From: Salisapilia sapeloensis CBS 127946
Lineage: Eukaryota; Protista; Oomycota
Direction of reading: 5' to 3'
Assembly: GCA_023334545.1 (NCBI GenBank)
Contig: JAADVB010000137.1
Coordinates: forward strand, 1-50,145
DNA length: 50,145 nt
In this document: in pieces, positions 11,060 through 21,400 of the stretch
Layout of the letters: every line of letters begins with the position of its first letter
Numbering within the stretch: position 1 is the stretch's first letter
The notes under the pieces: model-generated
Told to the model about the DNA's origin: nothing
The model's database searches: none
Seen by the model: only the letters and a program-made list of their open reading frames with translations
Made by a program: the position numbers and the translations under genes

Positions 11060-12331
11060 ATGCTTCGAATCGCTTCTCGCTTCACAACTTCTGCACGATC
11101 CTATAGTAATCGGCTTGGTGCTGCAACTGCTCAACATTCGTCCATGAATGTTTCCAGCTGTAAGAATGGCCATTCCAAGACCTGCGGATGCCATGCTTGT
11201 TCCAGAAGTTCATGTGGCTGTCCAGCCTGCTCCATGACCAAGCGCAACTTTGCGGTCAAGTCGCAATCCTCATACGACATTCCGAAGACGCAGCGTGCAA
11301 TTGTTTTTGAGGAAAACAACGGACCGCTGCAAGTCCGTGAAGACTGGCCGGTCACGCAACAAAAGGACCTTGAACCTGGTGAAGTTCTCGTTCGCATCGC
11401 ATACAGTGGTGTATGCCACTCAGATTTCCACATTTGGAAAGGAGACTGGCCCGTTTCGAACAAGTTACCACTTGTTGGTGGCCATGAAGGAGCTGGTTAT
11501 GTCGCAGCTATTGGTGATAACACCCAAACAACGTTGAAAATCGGGGATCCGGTCGGTATTAAGTGGCTCGCGGATTCATGTCTCGGATGTGAAGACTGCC
11601 GAAAAGGTCACGAGCCGACGTGCGAGCATGCGGAAAACCACGGCTTTTCAAAGGACGGATCTTTCCAGCAATGGGCTGTTTCATATGCGAACCATGTGAC
11701 TCCGATTCCAGAAGGCTTGCCCATGGATGCTGCTGCTCCAATTCTTTGTGCTGGAGTGACGGTCTATAAGGCCTTAAAGGAAGTGGGAGGCACTGCTGGT
11801 GACTTCGTGGTCATCCCAGGTGCTGGTGGCGGACTTGGTCACTTGGCGTGCCAGTATGCCAAGGCAATGGGATACCACGTCATTGCCATCGACACTGGAG
11901 CGGAGAAAAAGAAGCTGGTCAAGTCGTATGGAATCAACGACTTTATCGACTTTAAGGATGGAAACGTCGAGCAGAAGGTGAAAGACATCACAGGAGGAAG
12001 AGGAGCGCATGGTGTGACGGTCGTGGCTTCCTCGTCAGAGGCTTACAACGACGTCCAGAAGTACGTGCGTCCTTATGGGAAAATTGTGATGGTTGGTCTA
12101 CCGAAGGACGCGAAAATCACGGCTGACGTCTTGGATTCCGTGCTCCATTCTCATCGCTTCACCGCCAGCTATGTCGGCAACCGTCAAGATGCCGTCGAAG
12201 CCCTCAAAGTGGCTGCCCACGGTGAAGCATCGACGTCGTTTAAGGTGGAGCCTTTGAGCAATGTGCCGGATGTGTTCAAGCGTATGGAGAAATACGCGTA
12301 TGCTGGACGCATCGTCGTCGACTGCGAGTAA
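11060..12331 (+). CDS. Zn-dependent alcohol dehydrogenase (MDR, yeast ADH1/ADH3-like) with predicted mitochondrial presequence, 423 aa
   Basis: YSGVCHSD, GGHEGAG, structural Zn lobe CLGCEDCRKGHEPTC, APILCAGVTVYKALK and nucleotide-binding GAGGGLGHLA. N-terminus MLRIASRFTTSARSY is Arg/Ser-rich with no acidic residues. Confidence 0.92.
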   Translation: MLRIASRFTTSARSYSNRLGAATAQHSSMNVSSCKNGHSKTCGCHACSRSSCGCPACSMTKRNFAVKSQSSYDIPKTQRAIVFEENNGPLQVREDWPVTQQKDLEPGEVLVRIAYSGVCHSDFHIWKGDWPVSNKLPLVGGHEGAGYVAAIGDNTQTTLKIGDPVGIKWLADSCLGCEDCRKGHEPTCEHAENHGFSKDGSFQQWAVSYANHVTPIPEGLPMDAAAPILCAGVTVYKALKEVGGTAGDFVVIPGAGGGLGHLACQYAKAMGYHVIAIDTGAEKKKLVKSYGINDFIDFKDGNVEQKVKDITGGRGAHGVTVVASSSEAYNDVQKYVRPYGKIVMVGLPKDAKITADVLDSVLHSHRFTASYVGNRQDAVEALKVAAHGEASTSFKVEPLSNVPDVFKRMEKYAYAGRIVVDCE

Positions 12332-13518
12332 GCTTGTTTTCATGTTTGCGTAGCCAAAACACGACATTCCTCCTCTTCACTTCCACATTGCTTGATGATT
12401 TATAGTAGTAGCATGCTTCGTGCCTGTGGGCACGGCAACTGGTATCCTCTACTCTGTCCTTTTAGAGATGCGTTCATATCAACTTCAAGGATACTCTCCA
12501 ACAAAACGCCTTCTCAAGATATAACTATCCAAATATAGTGCCCGTCTGACTGTCTGACTGACATCTTCTTGAAAAGCATGCGTTCGACTACGATTTTGCA
12601 CATCTTAAGCAAAATCAAGCACTTGAAAGCAAAAAAATCGCGATCAAATCAGTGGTGTCCTTATCATTCACCTCAACTCTCTTCATTGTGCTTTGGATAT
12701 CTTCGATTCAAGTGAAGATGAGATTAGGCAAGGTTAAATAACATATCCACGCTGTTTTATACAAATTTATCAGTTCTCCCTTGATCTTCCGCACACGCTG
12801 GATGCTCGCGTTGTTGGTTGTAAGCAATGATGGCTCCTGTCTATTTAGCAATGCAGCGTAGATGTGGTATTCTGCTTGCCTCATGTGTCCCCCACGTCAT
12901 GGCAATCTCTCTTTACACGCTATCTACTTACTTTAAGTTAGCATTTTGCGTTTACCGTCCTCATGTAGTAACCGAGAGCTTTTCCCACTACCTTGATTGC
13001 TTTATCAAGATTAGCTTTTATCAACCTCACGATAATCCAGTGGATAAATTTCATAGACCATGTTGATAGTAGAATTTGATGTTAAAGGGTATTTACCAAG
13101 CTTTTATTTATTCATTCTTCACGACTAAATGCACATACGATCTAAGTGGACGGGCACGCTACTTGCAGTGAACGACTTTCAAGAGTGTGCATATGACAGT
13201 ATTAGCATATTGCTAAAAGTATACTAAAAAGTAGAGAGACAACTTTAGGCTATGGACGACTTACAACACTTGACTACAAACGTTACTCTTGCATATTTAC
13301 AGAGAGCTTCTGCCTCTACAATCAGTCTAGAGTACTTTTAAGCATGTTGTCGAATATCATGACCATTGACTCCATCGGAATAAACATCTCTGTCTTCACA
13401 TAAGACTTATCAACAAGTTTATATAAACCCATATAGTATGCTAAAACATCTTCCAAGGACATAAACACCATTGAACGGCAACAAGTGAATGAAGAATATT
13501 CATGTTCATTTACAATCC

Positions 13519-14608
13519 TCATGGCATTTTGTAGGCATTCGCAGCCTGGTACTTTTGGTACTTGTTGCTCAGCTCCAGGCTGAGTCCAGTGAAGACCGTC
13601 GCAACGCCAATCCAGCTCATGGTCGAGAGCTCGTGACCGTACCAGACGACGGAGAAGAGGATAGTGAAGAATTTACGCGTCGTCGTGATCGTCGTGCAAG
13701 TGAGGGCGGAGAACTGCTGGATCGTGAGGTAGATGAAGTTCTGGCCCAAGGCGCTGCAAATAGAGAAATATAGAATGGAGGTGAGGATCGAAGGATTCTC
13801 AAGACAGAACCAAAGACCTTGTGCCAATTGGCCTGTCACCAGGGCACCGGCACCTGTGTAGATGACTGCCCAAACGTTCGTGTACATCATCTGCTGATGG
13901 ACGGAAGGCCGTAGCATTTGCGTAATCTCTTCTTGCTTCGGTCCGGAGATACCGTCCAACGTAAGAGAGGAAAAGAGAAGGAAGAGACCGTAGGTACTGT
14001 TCTCCTGCGTGGCCTTGTTGGATGACATTTTGCCCAGTTGAAAGGTCGCAATACCGGCTGTGATGAGTAGTACACACAAGTAGTCTTTCGCTGAGTACTT
14101 TTTGCCACGCAAGAGGACGCCCATGAGCATGACAGGGATCATCTTACACGACTTGCCCAACGCTTGCGTCGGGTAGCTCACGTGCTTGAGCGCTTCATTG
14201 GAACAAAGCATGGCTCCGAGGTAGGCCATCGCAGTTGTTGCGAAAGGTTGCAACGGAAGCTGTTGGCGCACGGGCTTCCAGATAAACGTAGCTAGGTGCA
14301 TATTTGAGTACATATATCGATCGCTAGATTTATGCAAGTAGGTACCTGCATAGGCGACAGCTGTGTTGGCAACGCATTGCGCAAATAGTAGGAACAATGT
14401 AGCACTGAATTTGTCACCAGTCTCCGACCGATAGGTGAATCTACAGTATGTGTCATAAGACTATGAATGGCAAAGGAGTGGTTTAAGTGTATGCAAAGTA
14501 CATTTTTTCCTGGAAAATACCGTAGGACAGGTAGCAAGTGTAGATGCCACCTACGCAGAAGAGTAATTGTAAGACACCAGGGTTGGAAGCGTCCGCGTGG
14601 AGTACCAT
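13519..14608 (-). CDS. UAA-family nucleotide-sugar transporter (SLC35B1/HUT1-like), ~324 aa
   Basis: Exons 14608-14502, 14440-14346 and 14291-13519 (introns 61 and 54 nt). Motifs GGIYTCYLSYGYFQEKI, SNEALKHVSYPTQALGKSCKMIPVM and TITTTRKFFTILFSV. Confidence 0.9.
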
Positions 14609-15674
14609 CGTCACTAAGATCGATCGGATTGCTTTGTGTCTGGACAATTGTGCTGTCCTGTATAATCAGTACCTCTTTGTTTGATATTTGTCTTCGCTTT
14701 ATAGCTCTATTATTTCCGACCACTGCCTCCACGTGGCGAAGAAAGAAAGAATTTAAAAGAGAATTTCTTTTTATTCACTGGTTATCATGGATGGCACCAG
14801 GACTCCATGGCGATCTGTTTACTTGCGACGAGGACTGGATGCACCTGGCCATAAAGGCTGAGACTTTTGGTGCTATGAGAAATGTAGAGCCCAGCACAGC
14901 TCCTTTACGATAAATAAGTATGCAAGGATAAGACACTAGGACACGAACAAAGATCATAAATATCTGATCTCGTCCTTGAAGTGCGAGGATGGAGCTGAAA
15001 CTGAACACCCTCGACTCTATGGATCGACTAGATCACTTGACATATCATACTCGGATAGAAACATTAGATAGCTCCAAGTAAGGAATTTTTAGTCTATCGA
15101 AGACATCAAACCGATAAAAGAGCGATCTCCCAGCACCATTTTTGGACCACGATCAACGCTACAACCAGTTTATGTCCAGCTACATACACACACATCTCAC
15201 CACTCTCTTGAACTTTGCTCTGGACAGCTCGCGTCCTCTACTGCACAGGCACACAACCGAAAGAGGAGCGAAAGGAACCAAGCCCCAACGTTCCGAGCGA
15301 TGCAATCTGCACGACCAGGTCGATAGAAGAGCTCTACTTGAACAGGTGTTATACTTATGACGGGCGTACACGGCTCATCAGGAAGAAGTACACGTCCAAA
15401 TGATGTTCGCCACGCGTGAGATCCAAGTTCTCCCTATCGTGTATGCACTCTACCAAGACAGGGGTCAATTTTCATATAGTGGAACGCCTCGACCAAAGCG
15501 ATATCACGCACATGACTACATTGATTGCATCAGGTACCATTAAGCGATGCCTAAAGCCCACGTATGCATAAAGGAGATAACGTTTTCTATTTCGGTCCGG
15601 ACAAATCACGATCTAGATAAATTACGATCCAGACGAACTGCTCGGCACTACGCACATAAGATAAAAGCATGAGA

Positions 15675-17426
15675 TCAGCCAAAAAAGCCAAACCGATGCG
15701 GGTCGAACTTGGTCATGTCCAGTTTCGGTCGGATACCAGTGATTTCATCCGCAAGCATAGCAGCGCAGCCAAAGCTGAGTGTCCAGCCCTTGGACCCATG
15801 ACCAACGTTTACGTACAAATTTCGGACCTGGGTACGTCCGACGGACGGAACGTCATCTGCTGTCACTGGCCGGTAGCATACCCGTGTCGTCATGTTGGCT
15901 ACATCCAGGTAGTCGTCCGGGAAGATGGATTTGGCTTGATTGAGCAACCAGTCGAATCGTTTCTGATGGTTTTTGCCCTTGTTCGGATTGGCAAAGTCTG
16001 CGCCACCAGACACTCGTAGCGTACGACCGAGTGGTGATATAAGTGCTAAGCCGCCAGCGTATATATTGTGTAAAGGAGGTTTATACTGTTCTTTCACAGG
16101 TACGGAGAGGACGTACCCCTTGACAGGGTACGTGCTGAGGTTGATACCGGCGGATCGAGCGAGCTTGGAGGAACTGTTGCCCAAGGCTAAGACGAACTCG
16201 TCGCCTTCAATGAGCGATCCTCTCGATGTCTGGAGGGCGATCACGCCCGTGGCGTCGGATAGGATGTGCTGCACTTCTGTGTTGAAGCGGAACATGACGC
16301 CTTCACGCATGCATAGACGGTAGAGTGCTTTGCACATTTTATGCATGTCTCCGTTCGTACCAAAGGCTGAAAACAAGGCGCCTGGTTCGCACATGCCCTG
16401 TCGAATGGATGGTTCTAGGTTGCTTGCTTCTCGCGCATTCAATGGCTGGAGGTCCATGCCTAGTTCGGACAAGTGCCGACATCGATCCGAGTTGAGCGTT
16501 TCGTTGAACATACTGCCGGATGGAAAGAGCTCTAGTGTCCCTTGTGCTGTTTGATTCATATCCAACTCACTCTTCTTCACTGTCGCCTGTAGCTCACGTA
16601 GTTTTAGCATACTGTAGAAACCTAGCTCTCGAATCGTCCGACTGTGCTCATCCGCTTTACCCTTCTTACTGTTAAAGAAGAACTGGACGCCCCACTTCCA
16701 GAACCTCGTGTCTCGCAAAGCACTCATTTCTACCCGCACTGGCTTCCCAACCTTTGGCCACGGCGCAACACCGTTCGACTTCATCGGAGCGTCGAGCGGG
16801 AGTGGCGTCAGCGCTACGTCCATGGGCGACTCTACTGTGTGGTTTGCCTCTTGTATGTTGGACGCTGTAGGACGTTGCTTTGATGCCTTTGAAGGCTTTG
16901 ACGGCGCTTTTCCAGACTTTCGTTGTCGTTTGATCAGCTCTCGGTCAGCCCAGGACTGGTACATGGCCGGATCGAGGAATGCCTCGTCCTGAAGACTGAC
17001 TTGCGTACCGACCGACGCTTCCTTCTCGACGCAAAGGACTTCATGACCTTGTTTCGCTAGAAAGTAGCATGTCGTTAATCCGATGATACCTGCTCCACAC
17101 ACGATGACACGCTTGGTGTCGTGAGAAGGAAGTACGACGGTCGGTTCCATCTTCTTACTGTCCGGTCGTAAGGACCCAGCTTGACTTTTCGACCGAGACT
17201 GTTGTGCGTGTAGAATAGGTGGGAGCTTGGTACCTTCTAGAGCCGCAATGCTGTCACTAAGACCAGATTGGTCGGCTAGATGAGCAGGTAGGTCTGTCAT
17301 CGTCCGCATGGTCACATCCTCTGAACCTGAGCTGGATATCATGTCTAGTCGCGGAGGAGGCTTGAGTTCCTCTGACGATCGAGAGGGTTCAATCGAAGGC
17401 TCTGAAACACCGGAAGAAGAGCCCAT
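15675..17426 (-). CDS. FAD-dependent D-amino-acid dehydrogenase (DadA-like, DAO family) with a ~100-aa low-complexity N-terminal extension, 583 aa
   Basis: Rossmann motif VIVCGAGIIGLTTCYFL, YPVKGY, YRPVTADDVPSVG, and C-terminal GHGSKGWTLSFGCAAMLAD..FDPHRF typical of DadA. Confidence 0.85.
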   Translation of the reverse strand: MGSSSGVSEPSIEPSRSSEELKPPPRLDMISSSGSEDVTMRTMTDLPAHLADQSGLSDSIAALEGTKLPPILHAQQSRSKSQAGSLRPDSKKMEPTVVLPSHDTKRVIVCGAGIIGLTTCYFLAKQGHEVLCVEKEASVGTQVSLQDEAFLDPAMYQSWADRELIKRQRKSGKAPSKPSKASKQRPTASNIQEANHTVESPMDVALTPLPLDAPMKSNGVAPWPKVGKPVRVEMSALRDTRFWKWGVQFFFNSKKGKADEHSRTIRELGFYSMLKLRELQATVKKSELDMNQTAQGTLELFPSGSMFNETLNSDRCRHLSELGMDLQPLNAREASNLEPSIRQGMCEPGALFSAFGTNGDMHKMCKALYRLCMREGVMFRFNTEVQHILSDATGVIALQTSRGSLIEGDEFVLALGNSSSKLARSAGINLSTYPVKGYVLSVPVKEQYKPPLHNIYAGGLALISPLGRTLRVSGGADFANPNKGKNHQKRFDWLLNQAKSIFPDDYLDVANMTTRVCYRPVTADDVPSVGRTQVRNLYVNVGHGSKGWTLSFGCAAMLADEITGIRPKLDMTKFDPHRFGFFG

Positions 17427-18499
17427 GGTATTGATAATAACGAAAGGAAAGGAAATAAATGTCTAGCCGGAAGGTTTACGACGTCGCCTCTTAATAAAGT
17501 GCAGGAGGATTCTCCGGAAGCAAGTTTGCGCCGGAATGGTGGCTCAAGTCGGATGCGAGAGAGCGTGCGAGGGTTGCTCTCGAGTACCAGGAGAGGGGAT
17601 AGGATGGCCAGAGGAACGTAACGGACTGCTCTCCCGCTCGGTCCTCAATTGTAAAAGTGATCGAGCTCCTCTTCGACGCCATGCGAAGTAGCCAATCGTG
17701 TGCGAGCAAGCAGGAGATTGTCTGATCGCAACCGGCGGGACATATCGCACACGGACGTGCCGGACGCTACGAGTGTGGATGCACTTGATGATAGCTAGCA
17801 AACTTCCTTTCTTCCACGCATGAGCCTATCTTCAGTTGGATTGATGAAAGAAGAGGCGACGGCGACTTCAGGAAGCAAAAGAATGCAAAATGGCTGCACG
17901 ATCCACTGTGGCATATGCTACGAAAGCGCTGCAGACGAGCACACGGTTTGTGGGATCGTACGCATCGACAGCTTTTGCCCTGGATGAAAGCGCAAAGCGC
18001 CAGTGTTTCCGTAGAATAAGAATCTAGTGCGGGATACTCAAGTGCTTCTTCTGAAGCGACGCGTGGAAGGCTGCTTCGAAAGTACCCAGATCCAATTTCG
18101 TTCGATCGCAATGCTGACGTAAGGACGGAACAAACTTGCAGGTTAATCCGGTTGCCCGTTGCACTGGTCCTGAAGGCAGTTGGAACGCGTTACAGCGCAG
18201 TGTACGGTGAACTTTGTAAGTAAACGAAGTATGTGCCCTCCATTGCGTGCAAACTGATCCGACCTCGCCAGAGCGTGCACCAAGCTCGTATGTCTCAGTA
18301 GCAACCTTGCATGCAAGTGCCTCCGTAGCTGTCCATGTTCCCTTGTTTAGCCAGGATTGCTCCATCAAAATTGCATCCTTCCATATAGTTAAAGTCCTTT
18401 CGAGTACGTTCAATAAAAGAAGACATCAAATTGAAACCGACTTGGCTCGTGAAACGGGGCACGAACCAATTGATCACTTTACGTGGTCATCCTTGCTCC

Positions 18500-21400
18500 A
18501 TGCCAATGAAAGGCTCGCTCTCACCCGCATCTTCGATATCTTCCGTATCAACACTAGGCAGTCGGAATGAAAGTAGTGTCCGTGTTGCATTGCGAGTACG
18601 ACCTTTCCTGCCCAAGGAAATTGCGGCTCGAGCCAAGTCGTGCTTGGACACCGACACGGGCATGCAGACTGTGCAACTTCGAGGTGGCAGTAGTAAACGC
18701 TTCACGTAAGGCTTTTATCTAGTATTGTGACATGCTCATCTATTGGCATAAGCCTTGCTATGTGCATAATGATGCCATTGCTCTATCAAGATGCCAATGC
18801 TTCCAAAACGGCATGCTGACAATCACTCTGGTGGGATAGATTCGATCATGTATTTCCCTCTTCCACATCTCAATCAGGTACGCACTTTTAGACTACTCTA
18901 TCTTTGCATTTGTAGTTATATCTCTTCAACGTCTGACTGTATGCGCACCTCTTGCTTGCGATCTATAGAGCTGTACGAGACTGCACTCGAGCCATGGCTC
19001 GACTCGTTCCTTCAAGGCTTCAACGTCACTGTGATTGCATATGGGCAGACAGGCTCCGGAAAAACGTTTACGGTCGGTAGCAACAACTTGTCTTCTTTCT
19101 CGCCTCCCTCTACGTCCATCCCAAGTCCCACCTTGTACCAGTTATCGTCTACGGATACTTCTGACTTGTCTGCCAATGCTCACAAGGATGAAGGACTCAT
19201 TCCACGTTTCTTGCGGCAACTATTTGCAAGACTAGACCAGAGCCAGGTAGACGAGAGCTCGTCGGTCGTTAGCGTCAGTGTGTCTTTCCTTGAAATCTAC
19301 GGAGAAGAGATCTTTGACCTGCTGGATGACTCTCGTACGGTCGGCAATGGAAACGCCCATCTCGATCGACTTCAGCTGCGAGAAGGAAAGACAGGAGTCT
19401 ACGTCCTCGGTCTATCCGAAGTCAATGTGTCGAGTCAAGAAGAAGCGCTGGATAAGATGAGAGAAGGTTGTATGCGTCGGATCACAGCTGCAACACGTAT
19501 GAACCAGCACTCGAGTCGCTCTCACGCCGTTTACACGGTCAAGATCGTCCAGCAGACGTCTATTGGCGACAATAACATGCAGAGTAGAGTCGAATCGAAG
19601 CTTACGTTTGTGGATTTAGCCGGTAGCGAACGATTGAAAAAGACTGGAGCAGAGGGAGATCGGATGAAAGAAGGTATCCAGATCAACGTTGGGTTGCTAG
19701 CACTAGGGAACGTAATCAATGCGCTCGGAGACGAAAGGAAGAAGGCAGGACACATCCCATATCGTAGTTCCAAGCTAACTCGTCTCCTACAGGACGCCTT
19801 AGGAGGAAACAGTCGTACATTATTCGTCGCATGTGTATCTCCGACAGAAGAGCAAGTAGCAGAGACGTTGAATACGTTGCAGTATGCGAATCGGGCGAAG
19901 CGTATTCAGAATAAAGCCGTGAAAAACATTGACGAAAGGTCCATGGAGCTCATGCATTTGCAGAGAGCAAAAGAAGTGGTCGAACGGGAATATTTAAAAG
20001 CAAGGTTCTTGAGTCGAATGCCACCAGCAGACGTCGATGCCAAGGTAGAAGAGTTGATGGCGAGTGACGTGGTCACTTCGTTCTTGAGAGCGTTGGAGGA
20101 AGATGCAAGTGAAGGAGGGAACGAGTGGAAGCTTGCGAGCTTTGTGAGTCAAATCCAAAGCCTGGTGCCTGCAGACAACTATGGCCCACCAGTATCAAAC
20201 GACAGCGTATGTCCCATCATGAGCAATACGAGTGACATTGGATCGATGATAAGCACAACAGAGGAGGAAGAGAAGTTTACGATGGCGGAATTACATCAAG
20301 TGGCTCGTGTAATGGACAAAGTGCTAGATGTGGAGGAGACGAGGACAAGGTTTGTCGAGAGAAAGAGTGTGATGGAGAAGACACTTCGTGACTTGCAAGT
20401 CCGTCGACGTCGTAAAGATCAGCTCTTGTCAGCGTTCGTTCGAGCAGTGGAGAAGATGGAGCGACTGATCGAGTCTAGTCCAGCAGATAGTTTGCAAGTG
20501 AAGAACTTGCGCGTGCAGACAGAACGAGGACATGAACGATTGAGCCAGCTCGAGTCAGAGGTGGATCAACTGAATACAGAAGTGGAGAGGATGGAGGTCG
20601 AGTTGGAAGACTTGGTAGACAAGTGTCGAGAAGAATTGGAGCGGAAGGAGACTGAGTTACAGCACGTTCGGCAGATACCAGTAAGTGAGGGCGATGGGAA
20701 CGTCCTGGACTTGATGATGTGGACGCAGGAGATGCAGAGTAAAGGTGATGGTCGACTGCTGGAGATCTCTCAAAAGCTAGACGAGCGAGAGAAGAAGGCT
20801 GCTGCGTATCTGTATGAAGAGGTAGGCGCTGTTGCTCGTCTGCCTTGCTCCCTCATTCCTACGCCTGGGAATCGACAGTCGGAACACGTAATGAGTCAAC
20901 TACGTCAGCTACTCCAGGCATGTACTCTTGTATCATGTTCTAAAGCTCATGTAGCTAAGTATATAACTGTAGACTGCGCTGGATGAAGAGGATTTAGACG
21001 CGACGATTCAGAAACAACTAAGAGAACGCTGTCGATTGCTCTTAGAGTGGTCGTCGAGTTCATATTCGTCAGAGACGGAGGAAAAACTCCAGACGTGTGA
21101 TGATACGATCCAAAGCATTCGAGAGCTGCTTTCTCACTCGGACATGAACTCGACCCAGCTCCAGGCGCTCTTATCTTCTCTCGACTCGGAGACCTTGAAG
21201 GGAGTAGCACAAGGCCTGGTACTGGAAGTTTACAGTCAAATGCGACTGAACTACGCTTCTGTGGATGACTCAGAGTCGTCCGGAGGCTCCACTGACGTTG
21301 TCGGTCCAGAGATGGAAGTGGCGTCGGACAAGACTGATACAGAGGAGCTGCAGACATTGGATATGGTGAATGCGTATGTCAGTGTGCGTAGTTCTCAGGA

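Noticed and set aside
12600-13520. Protein-like fragments on the minus strand downstream of the UAA transporter
   Set aside because: Frequent stops of all types and no family I can recognise; cannot be supported as a gene or TE remnant without tblastx.
18024-18413. 129-aa minus-strand ORF between DadA-like and kinesin genes
   Set aside because: TTG start, no recognisable motif or convincing splice model; lies in the kinesin upstream region.
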